Below are positions 9,648 to 18,625 of a stretch of 64,000 nt of DNA, one piece after another. The notes beneath the pieces were generated by a model that was given only the letters and a program-made list of their open reading frames with translations, made no database searches and was not told the origin of the DNA. This DNA is from Bacteroidia bacterium. GTDB lineage: Bacteria > Bacteroidota > Bacteroidia > UKL13-3. The first letter of the stretch is position 1. The number at the start of each line of letters is the position of its first letter. Position numbers and translations under genes: made by a program. Where the stretch lies: NCBI GenBank assembly GCA_041665785.1, contig JBAYIE010000020.1, forward strand, positions 14,789 through 78,788, written 5' to 3'.

Positions 9648-10409
9648 ATGAGAATAGTGATTCTGGAAGACGAGGGTCCTGCACTGACACGGATTCAAAA
9701 TCTGGTTCGTGAAATTGTTCCCGACATTGATATTGCCGGTTCTGCAGACAGTATCGTTTCTGCTATTGACCTTTTCTCCAAAACGAAAGATATAGATCTG
9801 GCCCTGATGGATATTGAACTGGCCGATGGACAGAGTTTCGAAATATTCACACGCATAAAAATTCCCTGTCCGGTTATTTTCACAACAGCCTACGATGAGT
9901 ATGCGTTGAAAGCGTTTAAACTAAACAGCATTGATTATCTGTTAAAACCCATCGACAAGAAAGAAATGCAAAAAGCGTTTGATAAATTTAGATATTTACA
10001 TGGAAAGGGACAACCGCAACAAAGCCATATTGAGAGCCTTCTTGCGAATCTTAGCATAAAGCAACAAAACCATAAAACCCGGTTTTTGGTTAAGGCCGGT
10101 ACCAAGCTTTTGTCTATTTCAACTGATGAGATTGCCTATTTTCATGCCATCGACAAAGCGGTGTGGTTGCATACCAGAGACAACCGGAAATACCCCATGG
10201 ACCAATCGTTGGACGAAATAAACAAGAAACTAGATCCGTTGTGTTTTTTCCAATTGAACCGTCAATTTTTAACGCATTTCCAGTCCATTCAACAAATCCA
10301 TACTTACTTTAACGGCAAGCTTAAAGTAGAATTGAAACCTGAGATGACGGAAGAAGTTATTGTGAGTCGCGAGCGTGCACCGGAGTTCAAGCAGTGGCTT
10401 GATCGCTGA
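9648..10409 (+). CDS. LytTR-family response regulator
   Basis: Receiver domain (MRIVILEDE…MDIELADG) followed by a C-terminal LytTR-type DNA-binding region. Starts 8 nt after the kinase gene. Confidence 0.88.
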   Translation: MRIVILEDEGPALTRIQNLVREIVPDIDIAGSADSIVSAIDLFSKTKDIDLALMDIELADGQSFEIFTRIKIPCPVIFTTAYDEYALKAFKLNSIDYLLKPIDKKEMQKAFDKFRYLHGKGQPQQSHIESLLANLSIKQQNHKTRFLVKAGTKLLSISTDEIAYFHAIDKAVWLHTRDNRKYPMDQSLDEINKKLDPLCFFQLNRQFLTHFQSIQQIHTYFNGKLKVELKPEMTEEVIVSRERAPEFKQWLDR

Positions 10410-10510
10410 TTGTCCGGACTCTTTATCGCATCTGCTTCGCTGCAACAATCCTGCCATTTGAACTAATTTCAGGCAGTACATCTTCTTGCATTTTTAAAAC
10501 CCAAAGGTGC

Positions 10511-10518
10511 TATATTTG
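10511..10518 (+). promoter_or_regulatory. Bacteroidota -7 box TATATTTG
   Basis: Matches TAnnTTTG, 26 nt upstream of the pirin ATG. Confidence 0.35.
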
Positions 10519-10543
10519 TTATACCACATAAACCCCTTCTGCC

Positions 10544-11692
10544 ATGCGTGAATCCTTACCCAGAAGAAATTTTCTAACCCGGTTGTCGCTGGCTTTTGCT
10601 GCAGCCGTTACTGCACCGGTGAATGCCTTTTCCAATACCATCCGGGCAATCGATCCATTAAGTGCTGATCATATGAATCCCATCAAATCTATAAAACGGC
10701 TCGGTTTTCAATGGGAAACTGCCGATCCCTTTCTATTTTGTGTACACCACGAAGACCGGTTCCCTAAAGGCAATGCGGAATGCGGACCACCTTCGTCGAT
10801 GCTGCAGGGGCGTTCGATGGGTGATGATTTTATCATCAAAGATGGTTTCAGAATGTATCATGGAAAAAGAGTGCCGGGGTTTCCCGGACATCCGCACCGG
10901 GGTTTTGAGACCATTACGGTGGTTCGAAACGGACTGGTAGACCATGCCGACTCCATGGGTGCATCGGGTCGTTATGGAAACGGCGATGTGCAGTGGATGA
11001 CAGCAGGCAAAGGCGTGCAACACTCGGAGATGTTTCCTTTGTTGAAGATGGATGCCGAAAATCCACTGGAATTGTTTCAGATCTGGCTCAATCTTCCCGC
11101 CAAACAAAAAATGGTGAAGCCTCATTTCAAGATGCTATGGGCCGAAAGTATTCCGAATGCTGAATTCAAGGATTTAGCAAACAAAAAAACACGGATTGAA
11201 GTGATTGCAGGAAAGCTTGGCAAATTTCAGGCTTCTGCGCCTCCACCCGATTCATGGGCGGCTGATCCTGATCATGAAGTAGCCATATGGAATATAAAAA
11301 TGGAAGCCGGTGCAACCTGGAACCTTCCCGCAGCTTCGGCCGGGATTAATCGCACCCTCTTTTATTACGAGGGTGAAAAATTGCAAATAAACGGACAACC
11401 CATTCCCTCTTATCATGCAGTGGAATTGGCTTCAACGGTGGAAGTCATATTAACAGCCGGAAATACCGGTGCGAGCATTTTAATGTTGCAGGGTAAACCC
11501 ATTGGAGAACCTGTTGTGCAATACGGTCCATTTGTGATGAATACCAAAGAAGAGATCCATCAGGCCTTTGAAGATTATAACCGCGATCAATTTGGCGGTT
11601 GGCCATGGCCAAGGTACGATCAGGTGCATCCGCGCAGCAAATCCCGTTTTGCCCGGCATGCTGATGGGCGGGAGGAAATTAAGCAGGGGTAA
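10544..11692 (+). CDS. pirin-family protein with a twin-arginine (Tat) signal
   Basis: N-terminal RRNFLTRLSLAFAAAVTAPVNAF. Cupin metal motif HPHRGFETITVV, then …QWMTAGKGVQHSE. Confidence 0.85.
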   Translation: MRESLPRRNFLTRLSLAFAAAVTAPVNAFSNTIRAIDPLSADHMNPIKSIKRLGFQWETADPFLFCVHHEDRFPKGNAECGPPSSMLQGRSMGDDFIIKDGFRMYHGKRVPGFPGHPHRGFETITVVRNGLVDHADSMGASGRYGNGDVQWMTAGKGVQHSEMFPLLKMDAENPLELFQIWLNLPAKQKMVKPHFKMLWAESIPNAEFKDLANKKTRIEVIAGKLGKFQASAPPPDSWAADPDHEVAIWNIKMEAGATWNLPAASAGINRTLFYYEGEKLQINGQPIPSYHAVELASTVEVILTAGNTGASILMLQGKPIGEPVVQYGPFVMNTKEEIHQAFEDYNRDQFGGWPWPRYDQVHPRSKSRFARHADGREEIKQG

Positions 11693-11829
11693 AAATCAGC
11701 TAAACTACTGCTGTATGTCATAGTCTTCCATAACATGGGGTTATAACTTTATGCCTGGAATATTGCCTTTGTGTAGTCGCTGAATTGCGTTCAATCAGAA
11801 AATGCAGTATTCCTTAAAACACCTGAAAT

Positions 11830-12321
11830 ATGACATACTCAACCGATGAATGTTGTCCTCATTTTTCACCCGAAAAATGGGATAAGAAACACCATGATTG
11901 GAAGCACAAACCTTTCATCATGGAAAGTATTCCCACTCTCTTCCATATCCCTTTTCCACCGATGATTGGTAAGAAAGCCGAAAAAATGACCCGGTTGAAA
12001 GAAGCTGCGAAGGTGACTGAAGAACACAAAGAAGATGCTTTGTTCTTGTTTCGCGATCCCTCTGCTTTTCGCTCTGAATTGTATTTATCGACCACCGGAA
12101 CCGTACCTCATGCCAACAATGTGGCCATCAGCGGGAAATTTGTAAGCCGTGTTTTTGACGGAAATTACAATGCCATACCCAAATTTATGAAACAAATGGA
12201 TGCATGGCTGGTGACCGAGGGCTTGAAGGCAAAGGATTATTATGTGCATTATGCGTACTGTCCGAAATGTGCAAAGAAATTCGGGGCCAATTATATGATC
12301 TTGTTTGCACGCGTTGATTAA
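11830..12321 (+). CDS. conserved hypothetical Cys-containing protein
   Basis: 163-aa ORF with a clean ATG and Cys pairs at both ends (CCPHF … CPKC). I do not recognise a family with confidence. Confidence 0.6.
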   Translation: MTYSTDECCPHFSPEKWDKKHHDWKHKPFIMESIPTLFHIPFPPMIGKKAEKMTRLKEAAKVTEEHKEDALFLFRDPSAFRSELYLSTTGTVPHANNVAISGKFVSRVFDGNYNAIPKFMKQMDAWLVTEGLKAKDYYVHYAYCPKCAKKFGANYMILFARVD

Positions 12322-12402
12322 GAATTTGAGTTTATAGTTTTTGAGCAGTTGACCCAGGTTTCTTTCTGAACATCTTACGCAGCGACCTTCGTCTCTTTTT
12401 GT

Positions 12403-12410
12403 TACTTTTG
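12403..12410 (+). promoter_or_regulatory. Bacteroidota -7 box TACTTTTG
   Basis: Matches TAnnTTTG. It lies inside the ORF-track TTG start (12399), and ATG codons follow at 12417, 12420 and 12426. Confidence 0.4.
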
Positions 12411-12416
12411 CGTACT

Positions 12417-12845
12417 ATGATGTCGATGAAATGTAAGTATGCCATTAAAGCCCTGGTGAGGTTGGGTATGCATTTTGAAAAAGGCAACCTGTTTACGGCC
12501 GACATCGCCACTGCTGAAAATATTCCTAAAAAATTTCTCGAACAAATCCTGTTGGAATTGAAACATGCCGGTTTTGTTGGAAGTAAATCCGGTTATGGAG
12601 GTGGATATTACCTGAAAAAACAACCGAAAGATATTAATGTAGCCGACATTTACCGTTTGTTTGACGGGATGATTGCGCTGGTGCCGTGCGCTGCAGTTCA
12701 GTACTACGAAAAATGTGAAGATTGTACCACAGAAGCAACTTGCGTAATTCGCAGGGAATTCATAAAAATCAAAGAACAAACCCGTCAGGTGATGAAAAAA
12801 ACAACCTTACAATCATTTTTAACTCAATCTAAATCAAGGAGATAA
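12417..12845 (+). CDS. Rrf2-family transcriptional regulator
   Basis: MKCKYAIKALVRL… winged-helix N-terminus typical of Rrf2. Cys residues at C(96)/C(106)/C(109)-type spacing suggest a possible Fe-S ligand set. The start was moved to the first ATG after the -7 box. Confidence 0.85.
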   Translation: MMSMKCKYAIKALVRLGMHFEKGNLFTADIATAENIPKKFLEQILLELKHAGFVGSKSGYGGGYYLKKQPKDINVADIYRLFDGMIALVPCAAVQYYEKCEDCTTEATCVIRREFIKIKEQTRQVMKKTTLQSFLTQSKSRR

Positions 12846-12898
12846 AAAAATTTCGCTTTATACTCTACCAATTTGATAGAATTACTTATTTTTGACCC

Positions 12899-13669
12899 GT
12901 GAAAATCAAAAAAGGAATCCTGATTCTGTTGGCTGCAACAAGTTGCTTTGTGCAAACTACGAAAGCCATCGGACAAGCAACGGGTAAGCCGGTTACACAT
13001 CAACAATTGATGTGGTATGGTATATTTTCTTCTCTCTATATAAACGAACTGTGGTATGTGCAAGCGGAATTACAGGAAAGACATTTCATACATCCTGAAG
13101 CTCAGCATCAGGGTTTATTGCGGATTCATTTGCACCGCAGCTTAGGGAAGAGCGGTTGGGAAACCTCTGCAGGCCTGGCCTTCTTTCTGCACAACCCGAA
13201 TGATCCGGAAGCGCTTTCTCCCTTAACCACACCGGAGATCAGGCCGCATGTTGAATTTGCCTGTAAGCGAAGATCTCCCGGTATTACGCTTGACCATCGC
13301 TACCGGATGGAACTCCGGTATTATCACAATACAAACGATCAGCAATCCATATTGGAAGATGGCTATCATTTTGAAAATTTTCGATTTCGTTATCGCTTAC
13401 AAGCTACCATTCCAATCTGGAAATCTGCATCCACAACCTTGTTAAACCTTAAACTCAGTGATGAAATTCACCTTAATGCAGGTGAAAAAATAGTGAAAAA
13501 CACTTTTGATCAAAACCGAATATACCTCGGTTTAAATCTGCAGGCAACAGAACACCTGGCCATTGAAACAGGTTATATGCATTACCTGCAACAACGATCG
13601 AATGGCGCTTATTTTGAGCGTGATATCCTGCGTCTTATTGTATTTCATAAACTCTACCTGAAAAAATAA
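12899..13669 (+). CDS. DUF2490-like outer-membrane protein
   Basis: Signal peptide, alternating beta-strand pattern, and the QLMWYGIF…ELQERHF motif that I associate with DUF2490. GTG start. Confidence 0.6.
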   Translation: MKIKKGILILLAATSCFVQTTKAIGQATGKPVTHQQLMWYGIFSSLYINELWYVQAELQERHFIHPEAQHQGLLRIHLHRSLGKSGWETSAGLAFFLHNPNDPEALSPLTTPEIRPHVEFACKRRSPGITLDHRYRMELRYYHNTNDQQSILEDGYHFENFRFRYRLQATIPIWKSASTTLLNLKLSDEIHLNAGEKIVKNTFDQNRIYLGLNLQATEHLAIETGYMHYLQQRSNGAYFERDILRLIVFHKLYLKK

Positions 13670-13684
13670 ATAACTCTTTTAATA

Positions 13685-14590
13685 ATGGAAGCTGTAAGCA
13701 GTATTTCTTTTTCCAGACTGATGCGCTGGTATATTATCGTCATAGCACTGTTGATTTTGACCACAATCACCACTGTTTCTGGTGTCTATTTATTTGCCGG
13801 AAAACAAACATTCCAACACGTGGTATCCTTTTTTCAGTATTTTATTCAGGAAGAATTTTTCAACTACCTTCTGGTTGGAATTGTCGCTCAATTAATAGAT
13901 GGTTCGTTGGGAATGGCATATGGAGTTAGTTCAACTTCATTTCTGATCAGTACAGGTGTTTCCCCGGCAACGGCAAGTGCCAGTGTTCACATTGCTGAAG
14001 TTTTTACATCAGGGATCTCCGGCATTTCGCATTGGAAATTTGGAAATATAGACCGGAACATGTTTAAAAAACTGGTGATACCGGGTGCCATAGGAGCAGC
14101 TCTTGGTGCTTACTTTTTAACATCGTTTGATGGCGATCTGATTAAGCCTTATATCTCCGTTTATTTACTGATTATGGGTTTCATTATTCTGGCTAAAGCT
14201 GCACGCAAAACAGTGGCGTTTAAAAATTACAGGCACATGCGCAAACTGGCACTGTTGGGTGGCTTCATCGATGCTTCGGGTGGCGGAGGTTGGGGACCAG
14301 TAGTTACAACTACTCTGATTGGATCTGGAAAAAACCAAAAACGCACCATTGGTACTGTTAATGCGGTTGAATTCCTGGTAGCCTTAACGGCTTCAGGAAT
14401 ATTTACTTTGTTTATTGGGATCAATAGTTGGTTGGTCATAGCCGGTCTCATTGTGGGTGGTGCCATAGCAGCGCCTATTGGTGCTTATGTCTGTCACAAG
14501 ATTAATGTGCGGGCTGCTATGTCGGTAATTGGTTTGCTGATCATCTTTCTTAGTATTCGCACCATTTTAAAATCTGTCGGTATACTTTAG
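13685..14590 (+). CDS. TauE/SafE-family sulfite/anion exporter
   Basis: 301-aa polytopic membrane protein with the duplicated Gly-rich helices typical of TauE/SafE (…DGSLGMAYGVSS…, …DASGGGGWGPV…). Confidence 0.8.
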   Translation: MEAVSSISFSRLMRWYIIVIALLILTTITTVSGVYLFAGKQTFQHVVSFFQYFIQEEFFNYLLVGIVAQLIDGSLGMAYGVSSTSFLISTGVSPATASASVHIAEVFTSGISGISHWKFGNIDRNMFKKLVIPGAIGAALGAYFLTSFDGDLIKPYISVYLLIMGFIILAKAARKTVAFKNYRHMRKLALLGGFIDASGGGGWGPVVTTTLIGSGKNQKRTIGTVNAVEFLVALTASGIFTLFIGINSWLVIAGLIVGGAIAAPIGAYVCHKINVRAAMSVIGLLIIFLSIRTILKSVGIL

Positions 14591-14822
14591 TACCTTTTTT
14601 ATATTCAAACCAAGCTTGAATTCTAAACGCAGTGCACCAATTTGTAAATGGGTCGCTCTCCCACTTACTAAGTAGTAAAAAAATCAAATTGAATTATATT
14701 AGTTTGATTCAACAGCGAATCGATATTTTATTGTTGCTATAATTAATGACCCTCAACCGCTTAATTCATGAACACTTAAAGCATCAACACATATCACCTA
14801 AGTACATATTTATCCTTTTCCT

Positions 14823-14830
14823 TATCTTTG
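14823..14830 (+). promoter_or_regulatory. Bacteroidota -7 box TATCTTTG
   Basis: Matches TAnnTTTG, ending only 6 nt before the mtaB ATG (14837). It overlaps the ORF-track TTG start at 14828. Confidence 0.4.
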
Positions 14831-14836
14831 CGGCCC

Positions 14837-16156
14837 ATGCATAAAACAGCTGCATATTATACCCTGGGTTGTAAACTGAATTTTTCCGAAACTTCAACCA
14901 TTGGTCGTCAATTGACCGGTGCGGGTTTTCGTAAAGTTGAATTTCACGAAGGTGCAGATGTATATGTAATCAATACCTGTTCGGTGACGGATCATGCCGA
15001 CCGCAAATGCAAAAAGGTTGTCAAAGAAGCGTTGCGTCATAATCCCGGTGCATTTATTACCGTAATCGGCTGTTACGCACAATTGAAGCCGCATGAAATT
15101 GCAAAGATCGAAGGTGTTGATCTGGTTTTAGGTGCAGCAGAGAAATTCAATATTGACCAGTATTTAACCGATATCCGTAAAAAACCAGAAGCGTTGGTAG
15201 CTGAAGGTAAAATCAGGGAAGTGTTGGATTACCATGCCTCCTACTCCATTGGCGACCGCACCCGGGCTTTCATGAAGGTGCAGGACGGATGTGATTATTT
15301 CTGCTCGTTTTGTACGATTCCACTGGCTCGTGGAAAAAGCCGGAGCGACACCATCGCGAATGTAGTGCAACAAGCCTGTGAAGTGGTTGAATCGGGAATT
15401 AAAGAAATAGTGCTGACAGGGGTAAACACTGGAGATTTTGGAACCCAAAACGGGGAAACATTTTATGGCCTGTTGAAAGCATTGTTAGAAGTGCATGGAC
15501 TGGAACGCATCCGCATTTCATCGATAGAACCCAATTTATTAACCGATGAAATTATTGAACTGGCAGCAGCTTCGCCGGTTATTGTCCCGCATTTTCACAT
15601 CCCTTTGCAATCGGGTTCCAATGAAATATTGCAATGGATGCGCAGAAAATACGATCGGGAATTATATGCATCCCGCGTGGAGAAAATAAAATCATTGATT
15701 CCGCATTGTTGTATTGGTGTAGATGTAATTGTAGGATTTCCGGGTGAAACACAGGAACATTTCCTGGATACTTACAAATTTTTGAATGAATTGGACATTT
15801 CCTACCTGCATGTATTCACCTACAGCGAAAGGGTAAACACCACAGCCATAAAGATGCCGGGCAAGGTGAAACAGGGAGATCGTTTTGACCGCAACAAAAT
15901 GCTGAGTATACTCAGTGAGAAGAAAAGAAGGGCTTTTTATGAATCGCAACTGGGTAAATCATCTCTGGTATTGTGGGAAGCCGAAAACGATCATTCAACC
16001 ATGTATGGTTTTACCGAAAATTACATCCGTGTTAAAACAGCTTACGACCCGATGCTGGTAAACGAAATTACACCATTCGAACTCAAAGCGATTGATGCCG
16101 ATATGGTAGTTAGCGGTTCGTTGGTATTGAGCTCAGTTCCTGCCATACATGGGTAA
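14837..16156 (+). CDS. mtaB: tRNA (t6A37) methylthiotransferase MtaB (radical SAM)
   Basis: UPF0004 N-domain (YTLGCKLN…NTCSVT), radical-SAM CDYFCSFC, and a TRAM-like C-terminus. Confidence 0.88.
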   Translation: MHKTAAYYTLGCKLNFSETSTIGRQLTGAGFRKVEFHEGADVYVINTCSVTDHADRKCKKVVKEALRHNPGAFITVIGCYAQLKPHEIAKIEGVDLVLGAAEKFNIDQYLTDIRKKPEALVAEGKIREVLDYHASYSIGDRTRAFMKVQDGCDYFCSFCTIPLARGKSRSDTIANVVQQACEVVESGIKEIVLTGVNTGDFGTQNGETFYGLLKALLEVHGLERIRISSIEPNLLTDEIIELAAASPVIVPHFHIPLQSGSNEILQWMRRKYDRELYASRVEKIKSLIPHCCIGVDVIVGFPGETQEHFLDTYKFLNELDISYLHVFTYSERVNTTAIKMPGKVKQGDRFDRNKMLSILSEKKRRAFYESQLGKSSLVLWEAENDHSTMYGFTENYIRVKTAYDPMLVNEITPFELKAIDADMVVSGSLVLSSVPAIHG

Positions 16157-16255
16157 AACTTTATCGATACCTGCATACAACGAAAGCGGCAAAATGGGTG
16201 TCTTACGGGGATATCACCAATAAATCGACCGGTAAATAATATATTGCGCCCCGAA

Positions 16256-18574
16256 ATGACCAAACCTTCCCTTTCAAAATTTCCCCTTTTATTCAGCCTG
16301 TTGTTCCTTGCCTCGTTCGCCTGGTCACAAACCGGAGAAGTACGCGGTATAGTTTATGATAAAGAAAGCGGAGAACCCATCATCTTCACCCCGGTATTCA
16401 TACAGGAAACCATGGTGGGTAAGACTACCGATATCAACGGTTTCTTTTCCATTTCACGTATCAAACCGGGTAGTTATACCCTGAAATGTTATGCCATGGG
16501 ATACGATACGTCGTCTACACGCATAAACATTGGTGATGGAGGCATTCTGACGCAGAATATCTATCTGAAAAAACTCACCCATCAATTGAAAGAAGTGGAA
16601 ATTTCGGGTGAGCGTGAAAAGCGTAAAACCGATACCCGTGTATCCAATATTACTATTACTACGCGCGACATGAAGCAATTGCCGTCATTTGGCGGGGAAC
16701 CTGATCTGGCGCAATACCTGCAGATTTTACCCGGAGCCGTATTCAGCGGTGATCAGGGAGGTCAATTGTATATCCGGGGAGGAACACCTGTTCAAAACAA
16801 AGTTTTGCTGGATGGTATGACTATTTATAATCCGTTTCACTCCATCGGATTGTTTTCGGTATTTGATGCCGATATTATCCGTACGGCAGATGTATCGGCC
16901 GGTGGATTCAATGCACAGTATGGTGGCCGGATCGGATCCATTGTAGATGTTACCACGCGCGAAGGCAATAAACGTCATACGGCCGGGAAAATTTCGGTCA
17001 ACACGATGGCTTCCAAGTTTTTGCTGGAAGGACCCATCAGTAAGTTTGCAGATGGAAGCAGCTTTTCTTATATACTCTCTAATAAAACCTCTTATCTCAA
17101 CCGCACTTCAGAGACCTTGTATCCTTATGCAGATCCGGAACAAAAACGCAATGGATTACCATTCAGTTTTAACGACACCTATGGCAAACTCTCTCTGGTT
17201 GGATCCAATGGAAGTAAAATCAACGTTTATGGATTTAATTTTCTGGATGAGGTGAATTATCCTCAAACCAAATACAATTGGAATTCGTACGGATTGGGTA
17301 CCAACTTTTTTATCATACCGGAAGGATCAACCATTATTAACGGCGCCGGTTCGTATTCGAAATATGCCATTGAACAGGTGGAAAGAGATAATTTGCCCCG
17401 CAGAAGTGAAATATCAGGATTCAATATTGCGATCAACTTTACCAATTTTATAGGTAAAGATGATATCAAATACGGATTTGAAATCAATGGTTTTAGCACA
17501 GATTTTGCGTTTGTAAATTCATACGGACGTAAAATGTCTGAACAACAAAACACAACAGAATTGTGTGCCTTTGTGAAATACAAAAAAAATCTGGGTGGCC
17601 GGGTGATTATTGAAACCGGTTTACGCTCTCAATATTATGCATCATTGGGAAATCTCACGCTGGAACCACGCATAGGTGCCAAGTACAACATGACCGACAA
17701 AATCCGTATCAAGGGTGCATTCGGTTATTATTCTCAAAATCTCATGGCAGCCGTTTCCGATCAGGATGTGGTGAATTTGTTTTATGGATTTTTATCCAGT
17801 CCGGAAGGAAGTGTTGGCAGTGCTTTTGGCGACCAGTCGCTGGCTCAGCGTGTACAAACAGCGTATCATTATGTTGCCGGAATGGAATTTGATATCGGAC
17901 AACATGCCGAAATTAATGTGGAAGCGTATTACAAAGACTTTACACAACTTACCAATATCAACCGCGATAAACAATACGACGACGACGAGGTCCATAACGA
18001 TAAACCGGAAAGGTTACGTGTGGATTATGTGGTTGAAAGAGGTAATGCATACGGAGCTGATATCCGATTCAAATATGAATACCGGAGAATTTATTTCTGG
18101 TCGGTATACTCGCTCACCTATGTAACGCGAAACGATGGAATCCGCTCGTATTTTCCCAATTTCGACCGCAGACATAACCTCAATTTTGTAGCTACTTATG
18201 CGTTGGGAAAAGACAAAAGCTGGAATGTAAATGCCCGCTGGAACTTTGGCTCTGGATTTCCATTTACCCAGACTCAGGGTGTTTACGAACAAGTTAGTTT
18301 TATCAATGGTGTATCTACAGATTATACCAACCAAAATGGTCAGTTGGGCTATTACTATACCGAATTCAATACCGGCCGATTACCTTATTTCCACAGGCTC
18401 GACCTTTCAGTGTCCAAAAAAATTACTTTCAGCGAGACACGTCATGTGACGCTAACAGCTGCTGTTACCAACGCATACAACCGTCAGAATATTTTTTACT
18501 TTGACCGGGCCAATTACGAGCGTATCGATCAGCTGCCTATTATTCCCACATTGGGGATAAATTATTCCTTCTAA
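16256..18574 (+). CDS. TonB-dependent receptor-like outer-membrane protein with a CarboxypepD_reg N-domain
   Basis: Signal peptide (…LASFAWSQ), VRGIVYDKESGEPI…TDINGFFSI, a plug region, and C-terminal INYSF. ATG at 16256 (ORF-track TTG at 16244). Confidence 0.8.
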   Translation: MTKPSLSKFPLLFSLLFLASFAWSQTGEVRGIVYDKESGEPIIFTPVFIQETMVGKTTDINGFFSISRIKPGSYTLKCYAMGYDTSSTRINIGDGGILTQNIYLKKLTHQLKEVEISGEREKRKTDTRVSNITITTRDMKQLPSFGGEPDLAQYLQILPGAVFSGDQGGQLYIRGGTPVQNKVLLDGMTIYNPFHSIGLFSVFDADIIRTADVSAGGFNAQYGGRIGSIVDVTTREGNKRHTAGKISVNTMASKFLLEGPISKFADGSSFSYILSNKTSYLNRTSETLYPYADPEQKRNGLPFSFNDTYGKLSLVGSNGSKINVYGFNFLDEVNYPQTKYNWNSYGLGTNFFIIPEGSTIINGAGSYSKYAIEQVERDNLPRRSEISGFNIAINFTNFIGKDDIKYGFEINGFSTDFAFVNSYGRKMSEQQNTTELCAFVKYKKNLGGRVIIETGLRSQYYASLGNLTLEPRIGAKYNMTDKIRIKGAFGYYSQNLMAAVSDQDVVNLFYGFLSSPEGSVGSAFGDQSLAQRVQTAYHYVAGMEFDIGQHAEINVEAYYKDFTQLTNINRDKQYDDDEVHNDKPERLRVDYVVERGNAYGADIRFKYEYRRIYFWSVYSLTYVTRNDGIRSYFPNFDRRHNLNFVATYALGKDKSWNVNARWNFGSGFPFTQTQGVYEQVSFINGVSTDYTNQNGQLGYYYTEFNTGRLPYFHRLDLSVSKKITFSETRHVTLTAAVTNAYNRQNIFYFDRANYERIDQLPIIPTLGINYSF

Positions 18575-18625
18575 AAATGCCCTCCTCGGTAGCTTTGACG
18601 TTATTGATCCAAATCAATCAACGCC

